From contig CM068758.1 of the NCBI GenBank assembly GCA_035084275.1, positions 434,001 through 498,000 of the forward strand: a DNA stretch of 64,000 bases. The letters are read 5' to 3'. Source of the DNA: Hydrolagus colliei. Taxonomy: Eukaryota. Both the position numbers and the translations under genes were made by a program. The notes beneath the pieces were generated by a model. That model ran no database searches and was not told where the DNA came from. It saw only the letters and a program-made list of their open reading frames with translations. Shown piece after piece: positions 27,901 to 39,900 of the stretch. Positions within the stretch are counted from its first letter, which is position 1. Each line of letters begins with the position of its first letter.

Positions 27901-30900
27901 CATTAAATTCAGATGATTTTCTAATAAGTACATGACACTATTTTTGACAACAGATATATTTTATTAAGGATCAGATAAATGTAGTGCTCTATAGTTTTAT
28001 GTATCTTAATACTGTACTTTTCTGTTTGACTTTTCCAACAGAAACTGTTTTATGTGAAGCCAGAAATAGGTAAGTTTCTTCTGTTTCCCGCAGTGCCGTT
28101 GTCCTCACACTCAGTCCAAAGTCACAAAGACTTGGAGAAGTCTCTCTCAACAATATGGCTAGATTGGTGATTAGGCAGTGAAGCACATGGACATTACAGA
28201 ATCCTGCCTCTGTTATCAGTCACAAAACCCACCTGTTTAACCGGTATCCTCTGTTTCCTTACAGTTCAGCGGTGAATGATTTCCTGATGACCCTCAACAG
28301 GACCCAACTCTGCAATGTTGCCATTATAGACTACGCATGTGCTCGGGTAAGCTGTGTTCCGCTCTAGAATTCCACACAACAGTGTCTTCCTTCACGCGGT
28401 TCATCCACAGGGAACAATGTTGTAGTCCTTCCCAACTTTCTTGGTTCCCTATACAAATGTAGTCAAATTGTTGTATCATCTCCGCCTGTCGAAATAATAC
28501 CTCTGATCGATTGTTTTCAGATAACTTAACAGTTTCCATTATTTGTCAACCGATTCCTTGCAGATTGAACTGCTGGCAAATCTATCCAGTTATGACGTGA
28601 CTGCTCTGTTTGACTGCTACACTCGCTCAAAGGCTTTGAGGGTCGCAGATGAAAAACCGCTGACTCTGTTTATTCAAAAGCTTGACAGAACCACACTTAA
28701 CCATGCGTTGGACATGTTTAATAAAAAGGTAAGCCCTTATTGATTCCATACTGTAGGGGTACTACTGTAAACTATTAAACGCCTCCTTACTGATTCACAT
28801 TAAACTTATTGGTGTGTTTCAGACTTTAAATATGTCTTCAATTGGTCTGGAAAGCAAGACAACGTTCTTTAACGCCTTGTGGGAGAATGTGAAGCTCAAC
28901 GTGACCAGCCCTGCTCTCCTGGCCAAATGGTTTCAGCAAAGATTCAGACCATTCATTGCAGGCATTCCTCAATCAGTCCTGACTGACCTTCTGGTGAGGA
29001 ATGTCACATGTGATGGATACCAAGCAGTGTAAGTCTATTGTTTTCTCTTACAATCACCTGGTGCTGGGAATTGCAGAACAATCCTGGGTATAAACAGTGA
29101 TGGAAAAGAAGGAAACATGGAACAATAAACTGACTTGTGCTGTCAATTTGTCTTCACTTAGTGTGAAAGGCCTGAGTGATGGATTTGGAGAGATGCCACT
29201 GCCAACGAGACACACCATACTGCAAGTCTGGATCCTTAGATACCTGAACAGCACAGGTAACCTGGATCCAATCAGTATCTGTAAATCAATCATTTCTTTC
29301 ACATGTCGGCAAACGCCGAGTTTGTAAACGCACAATAGATAACCTTCTTTGCCATTCATCTCCAGGTGCTGGCTGTATCAGCAACACCAATGGCTCTCGA
29401 GACTGGCTGGTGAAGAATTGGGGAACGTTCAGCAAACTGGCTGATATAAAGCATCTGTCGGACTTGAATTCCAATTTCAGCGCAGTAAGTGACTGATGCA
29501 CTTTGGGTTTTTGAAGATAATGACTGGAGGAACATGGTTTGCCTTTCTGATTTTTCAGTTGTCATTTACACAATGGCTGAAGTGGTAGGAGTGGGAGTTC
29601 ATGATTGATACCGAAAAGTAAATAAAATGAATTATATAAAGATTTCTTGAAATATTCAATTAAAGAATAATTTGAGAAGTTTGGAAAAAAAATAGTGGTT
29701 CAATTGAAGTGCTATGTGACAAGAATGAACAATGTCACTCTTTGTCTGAAGAATTTGGAATTTATAAAATATTGCTTTTGTTTCTTAGAAGTATTTGGTG
29801 TCCTGTAGCTCAGTTGTTAGAGCATTCACCTTACAAGGAAGAGACCTGGGTTCAATTCCTGGCATGTCAGGGCGAACTATTGGGCAAGTTTCCTTACTCC
29901 ACATGCCTGAAAATCCCTGAAAAGAAATTGGTCATTTCACTCCAAGACTTTTCGTTGGAATCTGCTGTGCGCTATTGGGTGCCACGTTTCGCCCACATAT
30001 ATATAATGAATTCACTTTGCAGTATATTCTGTGAAGCGCTTTGAGGCACAGTCTAGAAGATGTGAAAAGCGCTACGTATATCAAATGCAAAGGTTATTAT
30101 CATTATGAAATATAAACTTGTTGAAATAAGAAAAAAATCCTGTTGTTTAAACTTTCTCTTGGGTAGAAATTGTAGAAATAGCACAACAAATATTATTTTG
30201 CAGTCAAATAACTTTGATGGAACATTTTTTTCTCTGATAGATTGATGCAGCACAATTGTTGACTGCATCCCAACTTGGGGAGTTCACTGGAAGTAACGGA
30301 ACACTGAAAAGTGCTGGTGACGTACACAAGATTTTGAAGTACATCACAGGGGCCGCTGTTGCTGACTTTATTGATACATTCACAGATGCTGTTAACAAGG
30401 TACCAAAATCTCTTCAGTTGACTTATTTACTGGTCTATTATTGTCTTTGTTTCTGCACCCATCTTTCCCTCCCTCTCTTCCTTACCCTCCTTTCTCCCCC
30501 CTCTTCCTCCCTAACCCTAACCCATCCCACCTTTCCCTCCCTCTCCCCCCTTACCCTCTTTTCCCCCTTTCTCCCCTGGCACCATTTTTGCGATTGTTTG
30601 TGGGGACACTGCTGTGCGCAATTTGGCTGCCGCGTTTCGCCCACAAGTATACAGTCGACTTTCCTGCTTTTCTTCCCCCTGCCTCGACCCCTCCCCTTTT
30701 GCTTCTTTACCCCCTTTTGCCCCTAGTCCCACTTCCATGACTGATTGTGGGACACTGCTGTGCGCAATTTGGCTGCCACGTTTCGCCCTCTAATATACAG
30801 TTACTTTTCCTACTATTCTTCATCCTGCCCTGATCCTTCCCACCCTGCTCTTGTCCTACCTAACTGTACAGCGCCTTGGGACGTCCTCTCGACGTGAAAG

Positions 30901-33900
30901 GCGCTATATAAATGTAAGTTTTGTTTGTTGTTTGCATTGCTCCTGGAGCTCAGTGGTTAGAGCACTCGCCTTGCAAGTGAGAGACCTGGGTTCGATTCCC
31001 GGCAGGCCAGGGCAAAACCGTGGGTAAAGTTCCTTACTCCACACACACACGCCTGATAATAATCCCTAAAAAAAAATAATAATAATAATTTGGTCATTCA
31101 ATCCAAGACTGTTTGTGCGTAATTGGCTGCCGCGTTTTGCCCACAAATATACAGTCAATTTACTTTACAGTACATTCTGCTTTGGGAGGTCTCGAAGTCG
31201 TGATAAGATGCTATATCAAATGCAAGGATTATTATTACTAATGCTGTTTTCTCATAATCATTTTCAGAACAATGTGGCACTGCCCTCTGAGGTCAGAACA
31301 ACTTTACTGGGAGAGATTTTGAATCGCACTCAGTTGATTCTTTCAAACGCAAATAACAATGAGCTGCATATCTGGTTTGGCAGAAGGCTGCCACAACTGC
31401 TGTCAGGACTCACTGAAGACTTGGTGCCTTTAGTCTTTGCCAATCAGAGCTGCAACGCATCTCAAATCATGTAGGTTTGATGCAGACTATTTGTACCGAT
31501 TTAGAGATTAATGAGAGTGAATATGGAATTTGAAGCATTTGCCATTTTGTGCTATTAAATTCAACTCTTGGGTTGTTGTGGACTTTTATTTATTTAAAAT
31601 TTAGTCTTTTCCCCTGTAAAACAAAAACAAATTCTGGGGGTATTTGGAATGTGTTGTACTTGACTGGCCCTACTGTTACTTCATTCTAAAATGTTTATTT
31701 TGTTGTATCAAATGCAAGGATTATTATTAATTCTCAGCCAACATCAGGCAGAATTCCTCTCCTTTACCCATACCAATTCACTGAAGGAATAATGACCCAC
31801 ATTTCATTTATTTGGAGAGTATTGTTCATTGATATGATTTTGTTTCATTTTCATAGTGTTTCTTCACTGAACTCAATCAAACGAATGCTGAACATCAGTA
31901 TTCAAAGAGACATATACACAACAGTATTGGACTCTACTAAAGGTATTGTACAAATCTTGGCTTTATTCATTACCATAATCATTTTATTTCAGCCTTGATT
32001 GGCACCCAGCATCTCTTCAGGTGTTGGTGTGTTTTTGTATTGGTAAAATCCAATTTTTCCCAGTAGTGTGCTTTCCTCCTTAAATTGATCATTACAGTTC
32101 TTATTTGTGTTTGGTTGTGTATTATTTCTATGAGACTCATAACTTGGGACATTTAGACATTTATATGTTTAAACTGATTGAGAGCAGACTATTCACAAAA
32201 TTACACCATTGTGTCATTCAAATTATTGCTTCAAAAGTAACAATTTTTTCTGTTTTATCCAGAATTCCCCCTTCAGTGTTATGAAAACAATTACGTTACT
32301 TATCTAAACAGAACCTTCCAAGATTTCTCTCATTTTCTAATTCTGACGGATGTACTTTCTTTGGTTCCTTCCAACCGTTTTGTTGAGGTAAAAGAAAATG
32401 ATTTTGTCCTGAAAGGGTTGTGTGCATGCGTGTGTACGTGTGTGTGTGTCTTGTCCCAGTCCAACGTGACTAACTTGAGCTGCTAGTAAATACCTGAAGT
32501 GTAGTTGCTTCTAAATTTTAAAAACTTGTAATTTTCCATTGAAGCCACCTACATTCGAAACCCAACCAACTCCACCACAGACTATTCCACAGTCCATTGA
32601 TTACAGCCATCCCCAAATATCACCTTCCCAGCCATCCCATATCTGTTTAAACAAATCTTATTCCCCAATTATTTTTCCAACTCTTGAATCCCTAAAGTGG
32701 TTTCTCATGTATGGTTATGTGCGAGCCAGTCCACTCTTGAATCTCATTTCTCTGCGAGAAGATATTTTTTTCTCATCTAGGTTCCAACCCATTTTGCTTG
32801 AATTTAAAAGTGATCGGCTCTCAAAACTGTTGGACCCCCAATGGGGCAAAATATCACCTGCTATTTATTTTGTTCAACCGAGCCCTTTCCATTTCTAAGC
32901 ACTTCAATCGAACCAGCCCTCAGCTTCTATTGCACTGGAAACATATCTCTAATCTAACCAGACAAACATTGCAGGCCCAATTTTGAAGGGTTACAACAGT
33001 GTTTTATCATTTTTGTTCTCCCAAAAGTTAACGGTTTGATTGTTTGACACACTCATCAAAGCTTCCGGTGGGTGCACATTTTAAACATCAATATAAGTAG
33101 TAACTCCTGTATTTTTCTAGGTGTTGAATGCTGCTGATCCCAGAGCTATAGCTGACCTACTAACCCTGCCCGGATTCATCAATGACAACAATAACCTGAC
33201 TGTGCTGTTAAAAAGCTACGAATCCACTGAGAGACTGGGAATATTTATCGACAGATTCAATCAGAATAGCCAAGGCGTAAGTCGCAAATTTGTTTTACTT
33301 TATTTGAACAATTTGAGGTGTGATCTGGAAGAGGAGAGTGTATAGTACATGTCAGTGGGACAGCAGAAGTCAGGGCAATTCTGCACCAAATGAACAACCA
33401 TGCAGCACTTATTGGTGTGAAGAGGCATATGCAGAAAAGCTCAGATTTAACATGGATCAATCCAAGGGACAGATTGTTCATCATTTTTAATTATGTGGAG
33501 CTCTTGTAGCTCAGTGGTTAGAGCACTTACAAGCATAAAACCTGTGTTCAAATCCAGGCAGGGGAAAAACCTCTGGCAAGTTTCCTTACTCCACAGATAC
33601 CCACACAAGCCTGATAATAATCCCTCAAAAAAAATAACAATTGGTCATTTCAATCTGCGACTGTTTGTGGAGGACGCTGCTGTGTGCAATTGGCTGCTGT
33701 GTTTCTACGGTCAATTAACTTTACAGTGTATTCTGTGAAGCACTTTGAGAGACAGTCTGGAAGACGTGAAAAAGCCGCTATCTCAAATGCAAGGATTATT
33801 TTTTATATTATTAATGAATGTTTCCCCTTTCAGAGTAACCTGTCAGACTCTACTCTCGCAACCATCATGGATGGTTTGTGGACTCAGTTAGTCAGCAACT

Positions 33901-36900
33901 TCTCTGAGTTGAGCGATGCAGAGGTTGAGAAGTGGCTTTCCAGCAGGCTGCAACCATATCTGACGTTTATCACCACCAAACTCCTGACTTCCCAGGACAC
34001 GTTAGGCATCCAGTGCCTTCCCTACAGGAAAATGTAAATACAATCAAAACCACTCTAACTGAAGCCATCTCTCTAGCGTATTGTATTAGATACTGCAAGT
34101 GCATTGTATACTGATACAATGCACTTGTATACTGACTTTTACGTTTGTGCTAAGCGGATAAAAGTGAGAAACTAAAGTTACAGGAAAAAACCTACTGTAA
34201 TTTGGACTGTTTGGGGGACAGCTGCTCTTTTCTGCTCATATATTATGAGTGTTTTCAACACATTTATCCATAATTTTCCTTAAAGGAAAGACCACCAATG
34301 TTAATATATTGGATTTTCCATTTAGTGTGCGAATGCTGAGTGATCGCTACAATGATTTTACCCCAGCCAAACGCACCGAAATCTATAGTGGAATCAAAAC
34401 TTATCTGCTACAAGGTAATACATTTTTATTTAACGTATTTCATAGATCTGAAATTAGCTGTCTTTGTCATTTTATGGAGTATATTCACAACTTGTATTTC
34501 CCCACCACCCCCCATTTTTCAGACAGATCTACTCAGGAAGCTGTTATGTGTGCTTATCTAGAAAAACAAATCAGTTTGATTATCAGCTGGAACATGCTGC
34601 AGTTGAAGTGAATCATTATCCAGTTCCTTAATTAGAGTTCTCAACATTTTCTCTCCCCAGCTCCCTTACACGTTTGTGTTTGATTTTCCTTTGCACTCCC
34701 CTGTAAAAAAAAATACCATAAAAGCCTATTAAAAGGGTGAAATATTATGGAAGCCACTAGAACTGGAATAAGGCTCTGCTACAAGTGATCTTATATTGAA
34801 ACTATCTCCACATTTGCTCATTTAGTTATGGTTCCAGAGGAGGACACATTTTAGTCTACTGATATTGTTCAGGGTACATGACTACAGTATTTTGTCACTA
34901 GATTTACCATATTTGACTGCCTTTGTAGGCGAGTGAGGCTTCTCAAAGCAAAAGAGAGTGTTATCTTAATGACAACCACCTATATTGAAAAGAGTAGATT
35001 TTGATGATACGTTTTAAAAGTATGAAGTACTATTCACTCCCAAAGTTTTATTTTCCATTCGTACCAGTATCTGCTGATTAAAGTATTTTCTTTACTCTCT
35101 CTCTAGCCGGTCCCAAACCAAAATGTTACAATGCAACTGATCCAATTCTGAACTCCCTTGCTTGGTTTGCTAACTATCTGGGACTATTTTTCGAACAAGT
35201 AGCACTACCTGATCTTCAATCCTTCTCTGACAACGAAACAGTGGTACGTTTATTATTTTACTTCACTGCAGGACAGGCTCCTGTAGCTCAGTGGTTAGAG
35301 ACACTTTACCTTGCAAGTGTGAGACCTGTGTTCGAATCCAGGCAGATCAGGACGAAACCGTGGACAAGTTTCCTTACTCCACACACACGCCTAATAATAA
35401 TCCATCCAAAAAAACATAATCATAAAATTGATCATTTAATCCACGACTATTTGTGGGGACATTGCCGTGCTCAATTGGCTGCCGTGTTTCTCTCACAAAT
35501 ATATTGTCAATTCACTTTACAATATATTCTGTGAAGTGCTTTGAGATAAGATGTGAAAAGCGCTATATCAAATGCAAGGATTATTATTATATTATTATGA
35601 AGCACTATTCCTCGTGGATCTGGTTGCATGAATCAGCCATTGTATGACTAATTTTAAAAAAGCCAACAGTTGAGTTCATACATTATTTCTAACTTCTTTC
35701 AAATTTCCTTCACCTCAGCTTCAACAATTTGCAGCAGACGAAAGCAACCTGAAACTGATTGAGCCTATGATATTATCAGATGAAGTTATAAGCTATTATC
35801 TTGATTTGGTGATTAAAAATAATCCAAATGTCAATATCCTCAGGTATGTCTTGCTTGTTGGTCAATCTTTTTGTTCCCATAAATTGTTTTTTTTTTAGGA
35901 AGTTGGTTATTTATTGCTAATGCAAATGGAAAACCTGAGTGAGAGTCCAAAATCTATATTGTTTTCTAGTTGTAAATTGGTGTAACTATTAGCAATAATA
36001 ATAACTAATATATCTCTAGAGCTTGCAAAGGATTTAAAAAAAATCTTTCTGTGGATATGAGTTCCATTCCCTGTGATAATGAGGAATATGCATTTCAAAT
36101 CTGTGTATATCTGTGAACCAAGTACAGTACCACTAACTGATCTTCAGCCCTTCTCTAACCATAAAACAGTTTTACGTTCACCATATTTCTCCATTATAGT
36201 ACAGGATTTAATTGCATTTTGCAATCTGCATATGGACAGGTTAATAGGATGGCTATAACTAATTGAATTGTATTAAAAAGTAAATTTGATTCTTTGTTCA
36301 TGCCAGTAAAATGCAACCTTTTCTGTCAATCCTTTTATTTGATTCACTGAATTTTTAAAAAGATCCATTTTATTCTAAATGAATGCATTGTACCACGGAA
36401 ACACACACTAATAAAATAATTGGCTTTTATATCACAGTATTCCAAATTCTCTGATTTGCGATGTCACTGAAACTCAACTAACTCAGACCTTAGATACAGA
36501 GGGGACTTTGATCATCAATGAGAGAATAAGCCAAGTCTGTGGATTTGATTTGTCATCCAACACCACCAACATTCAAACATTGACAGATGAACAACTGGAG
36601 GTAAGTGAGAGAGGACCCTCGATGGTAAATTGGTCTATCTTAGATCATCTCATTTTGATTTTTATATGTATACTGCGTGATTTACCTGCTGTATCTAGCT
36701 TTAAACAGATTTTAAAAAATCAAATATCAAAGAATTAAAATGTCAGCCTTTTTTTTCTCACAATACAGATATTAATGTCCTGAGTACTAACACCTAAATT
36801 ACATAAACAGGCATTCTTCCTTTTGTCTGCTAGGAAGTGCCATAGCATAACACTTTGCTCGTCTACTCCTACCCAACGTGAAAGACGCTCTATAAATGTA

Positions 36901-39900
36901 ATGTTGTTGTTGTTGTAGTTATTCGTACCTTATTTGAAATGGATGTTCATTGAAGTTGCTGACCTCCATATCTTGTTTTCCTTACAGCTCGCCACAGCTT
37001 TAGTGAGTAACATTAATAACTTCACAGCGGACGTTCTGACAACTTTGGGCCAATCAGTTGTTGGAATCTCATTGACACAGATTGAGATTACTGGAGACAA
37101 TGAACTGCAGCAAGCTTTGCCAAGCCTGAGTCAAGCCACAAGCTGGGATATTGCACAGAGCAGTTTGATTGTCAACATTTTAATAGACAATGGTTTTGAG
37201 GTAAGATCTGCGTACACTGCAAACCCAAACTTTATATTAATGTACAAATTAATGAAGAATTAATAAAAGAATAAATTGCAAATCATTGGAATTAGATCTT
37301 TCTGGACTTGCATTTGGTCTAGTTTGGGTCAAGCCATAGTGCAAGAAATGAACTCTGGTTAAAGGTGGTACGTGATTGTTCCAGCAGACTGCAGCATTGC
37401 AAACCATCCTAATGGATAGAAGCAAACTTCAGTACTAGTTATGCTGACTCAATTCACCCTTTTGCAACTAATTATTTGAATTTTGGGCCCCTGGAGAGTT
37501 CATCTCTTTCCACAATGCTTTGATGTGAGGATGTTTCTTAACCCAGTATGCTATCCAGCACCTGGATAATTTGTTTTCCTATTCCAATCCACCTGTTTCT
37601 GTCTGTGCCTGTTTGACTAAACAAGTCAGGTACGATGTACGAAGTAACGAAAGGGCAGAGTGAACAAAGGAGATTTCCACTGGAAAAACAATTTTAATTA
37701 GCCAATTACAGCAGAGGGTGTCAGGCTGTTTATATAGGCTGTATAATCCAAGTTGAACAGAGTGACCTAAAGGTGGATTTTACATTGCGCACTCAGTTCT
37801 TTTCTAACACTAAATTCAAAACGCAAAGTGAGTTGTGCATGTGTTGAAATTGTGCTGAGCCCTGATGAGCCGCTACAAATATCAATCCGTTTCCCCACTC
37901 CTCGTTCTGGAATCAATACAACCTTGTTTCTCGTGGGGAGAAATTGTTTGTTATACTAATTTTTTATTTCCAATAATAATCTTCAAAATGAGGGACGGCT
38001 TTCAATTGCGTTTCTTTTTAATTCTAGGTCAACAACGAACAAGGTCTCGAAAGTCTGGGAGCTCTGGTGGCCGGTGTCCAAAACAGTGTCATTGAAAATA
38101 TTAACTCTACAGTCATCCTGAATACAGTCTCCAATCCTACATTCGTTGCACATCTACAAGCTGCTCCGCAAATCATCCAATATACAGTCGTTCAGAAAGT
38201 AAGTGATCACTGAACGTACAATAACATACATACACACGACCCCACCCCACCAGATCTGATGCCGAGACTTAGTTAATGACGCCGACTATAAACGCTATCT
38301 GCCTCTAACCCAGAATGTGGGGTGTATATTCTCTCTAAATGATGCTGTGTTTCATTCACAATCAGATTTTGTTCACGGAAAGTAACCCTGAAAATTCTGT
38401 GAAGAAAGTTCCAGCTGCGCTTGTCAAAGACATCCCACTTGTATTCCTATCCTCAGGCTTGGTTCTTGAAGATGTGAATAATAAAGCTTGGATTCCTGGT
38501 CAGGTGAGTGATCCTGTGCTTTAATCTCTGTAATAGAATGGTAACGAGCACCTTGTCGTAATGTGGTGGGTTGGATCATAATATTATAATAATAATACTA
38601 ACTGCACACAGCGGAGTCCTCACAAACAGCCGTGGATTGAAATGACCAATTTTGTTATTATGGTGTTTTTTGGATGCACTTACATTCATTTACATATACA
38701 TGCTTCAATACACCCACTCGCTCGTGTTAAATTGAACGCTGTATTATTGTAAAGGTCAGTCCTACATATTAATGTTTTCTTGTTCTCCCGATAGGCAACT
38801 GTGTTTTTCGAAAGTGTAATAACACAGGACAACAGTTATGACATGTAAGTGGCTTCTTCTGGTTCCACATATTCCTCCAGTTTCTCCTTCTCTTCATCTA
38901 CAATGAATTAAAAATATATTACCGTATATCTCCGCGTATAAGGCGCACCCGCGTATAAGGCGCACCCCCCGTTTTTGACCTTTTCTTGGTGAAAAAAACC
39001 GGAAGCATTTTCAATGATATTGCCGGCAGAACGGAGGAGAGACAGGAGAGACAGGTAGGTAGGGAGAGAGAGAGGCAGGCAGCCAGGGAGGGAGGGAGAG
39101 AGAGAGGGAGAGAGGCAGCCAGGCAGCCAGGGAGGGAGGGAGAGAGAGAGAGAGGGAGAGAGGCAGGCCGGCAGCCCGGGGGAGAGAGAGGGAGAGAGGC
39201 AGGCCGGCAGCCCGGGGGAGAGAGAGGGAGAGAGGCAGGCCGGCACGCAGGCAGGGAGGGAGGGAGGGAGAGGCAGGCAGGGAGAGAGAGAGAGCGGCAG
39301 GGAGGGACGCAGGCAGACTGGGTTCGGCAGAAGGTAAGCACAGCACTGAAGTCCGCTGCTGCTGCCGCTGCCCGGGCGGCCGAGGCCGAAGCCCCGTCAC
39401 CCGCTCCCCCCCAACCCCCGCCGGACACTGACCAAACCCCGGCTGACAGCGCGCCGGCCGCCCCTCCTGTTTACTGTATTTCCGAGGCTCAAAATTGCTT
39501 GTACCTGCGTATAGGGCGCACCCCCAACTTTCGAGATCTTCCGACCTGAAAAAAAGTGCGCCTTATACGCGGAGATATACGGTATTTGGTTTACACCAAC
39601 GCCCTAGGGGTTTGTCGGCCTTCCCAATTCCTCCCTCCACAGGTTGCAGATAATCCAGAAATCTGCGGCCTGTGTCCTCTACTGCTCGAAGCTTCGTGAC
39701 CCCATCACCCCCATCCTCACCCGACTCTATTGCTCTCCAATTCAAGATCCTGGTCCTCACATTCAAAGCCCTCCACAAGCTCGCCCCCCACATCCGTGAC
39801 CTATATCCGTGACCTTCTAACATCTCTACCAACCTGCGAGCCCACTCCGCTCAGCAGGCCCTGGCCTGCTCCATGTCCCCTGACCCACCCCCACCATTGG

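Larger units (their letters stand above)
1..29496. repeat. Large head-to-tail tandem repeat, unit 11,899/11,900 bp, about 2.5 copies in the window
   Basis: Position 1 sequence (ttcactcagctgattcaag) recurs at 11900 and 23800, and the ORF track repeats at the same offsets. Introns are essentially identical. Identity ends after gtaagtgactga at 29496. Confidence 0.98.

Noticed and set aside
1-29496. Interpretation as a cluster of separate tandem mesothelin genes
   Set aside because: No stop codon, GPI-signal exon, signal-peptide exon or intergenic space is apparent in the unit. All 32 exons chain in frame with introns under 600 bp.
30938-31010. Possible tRNA-Ala(TGC) gene
   Set aside because: It lacks a proper acceptor stem and continues into the SINE body and tail, so it is a SINE head.
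38908-39549. Several 110-190 aa ORFs on both strands
   Set aside because: Low-complexity interior of the MITE, with no transposase or other domain features.
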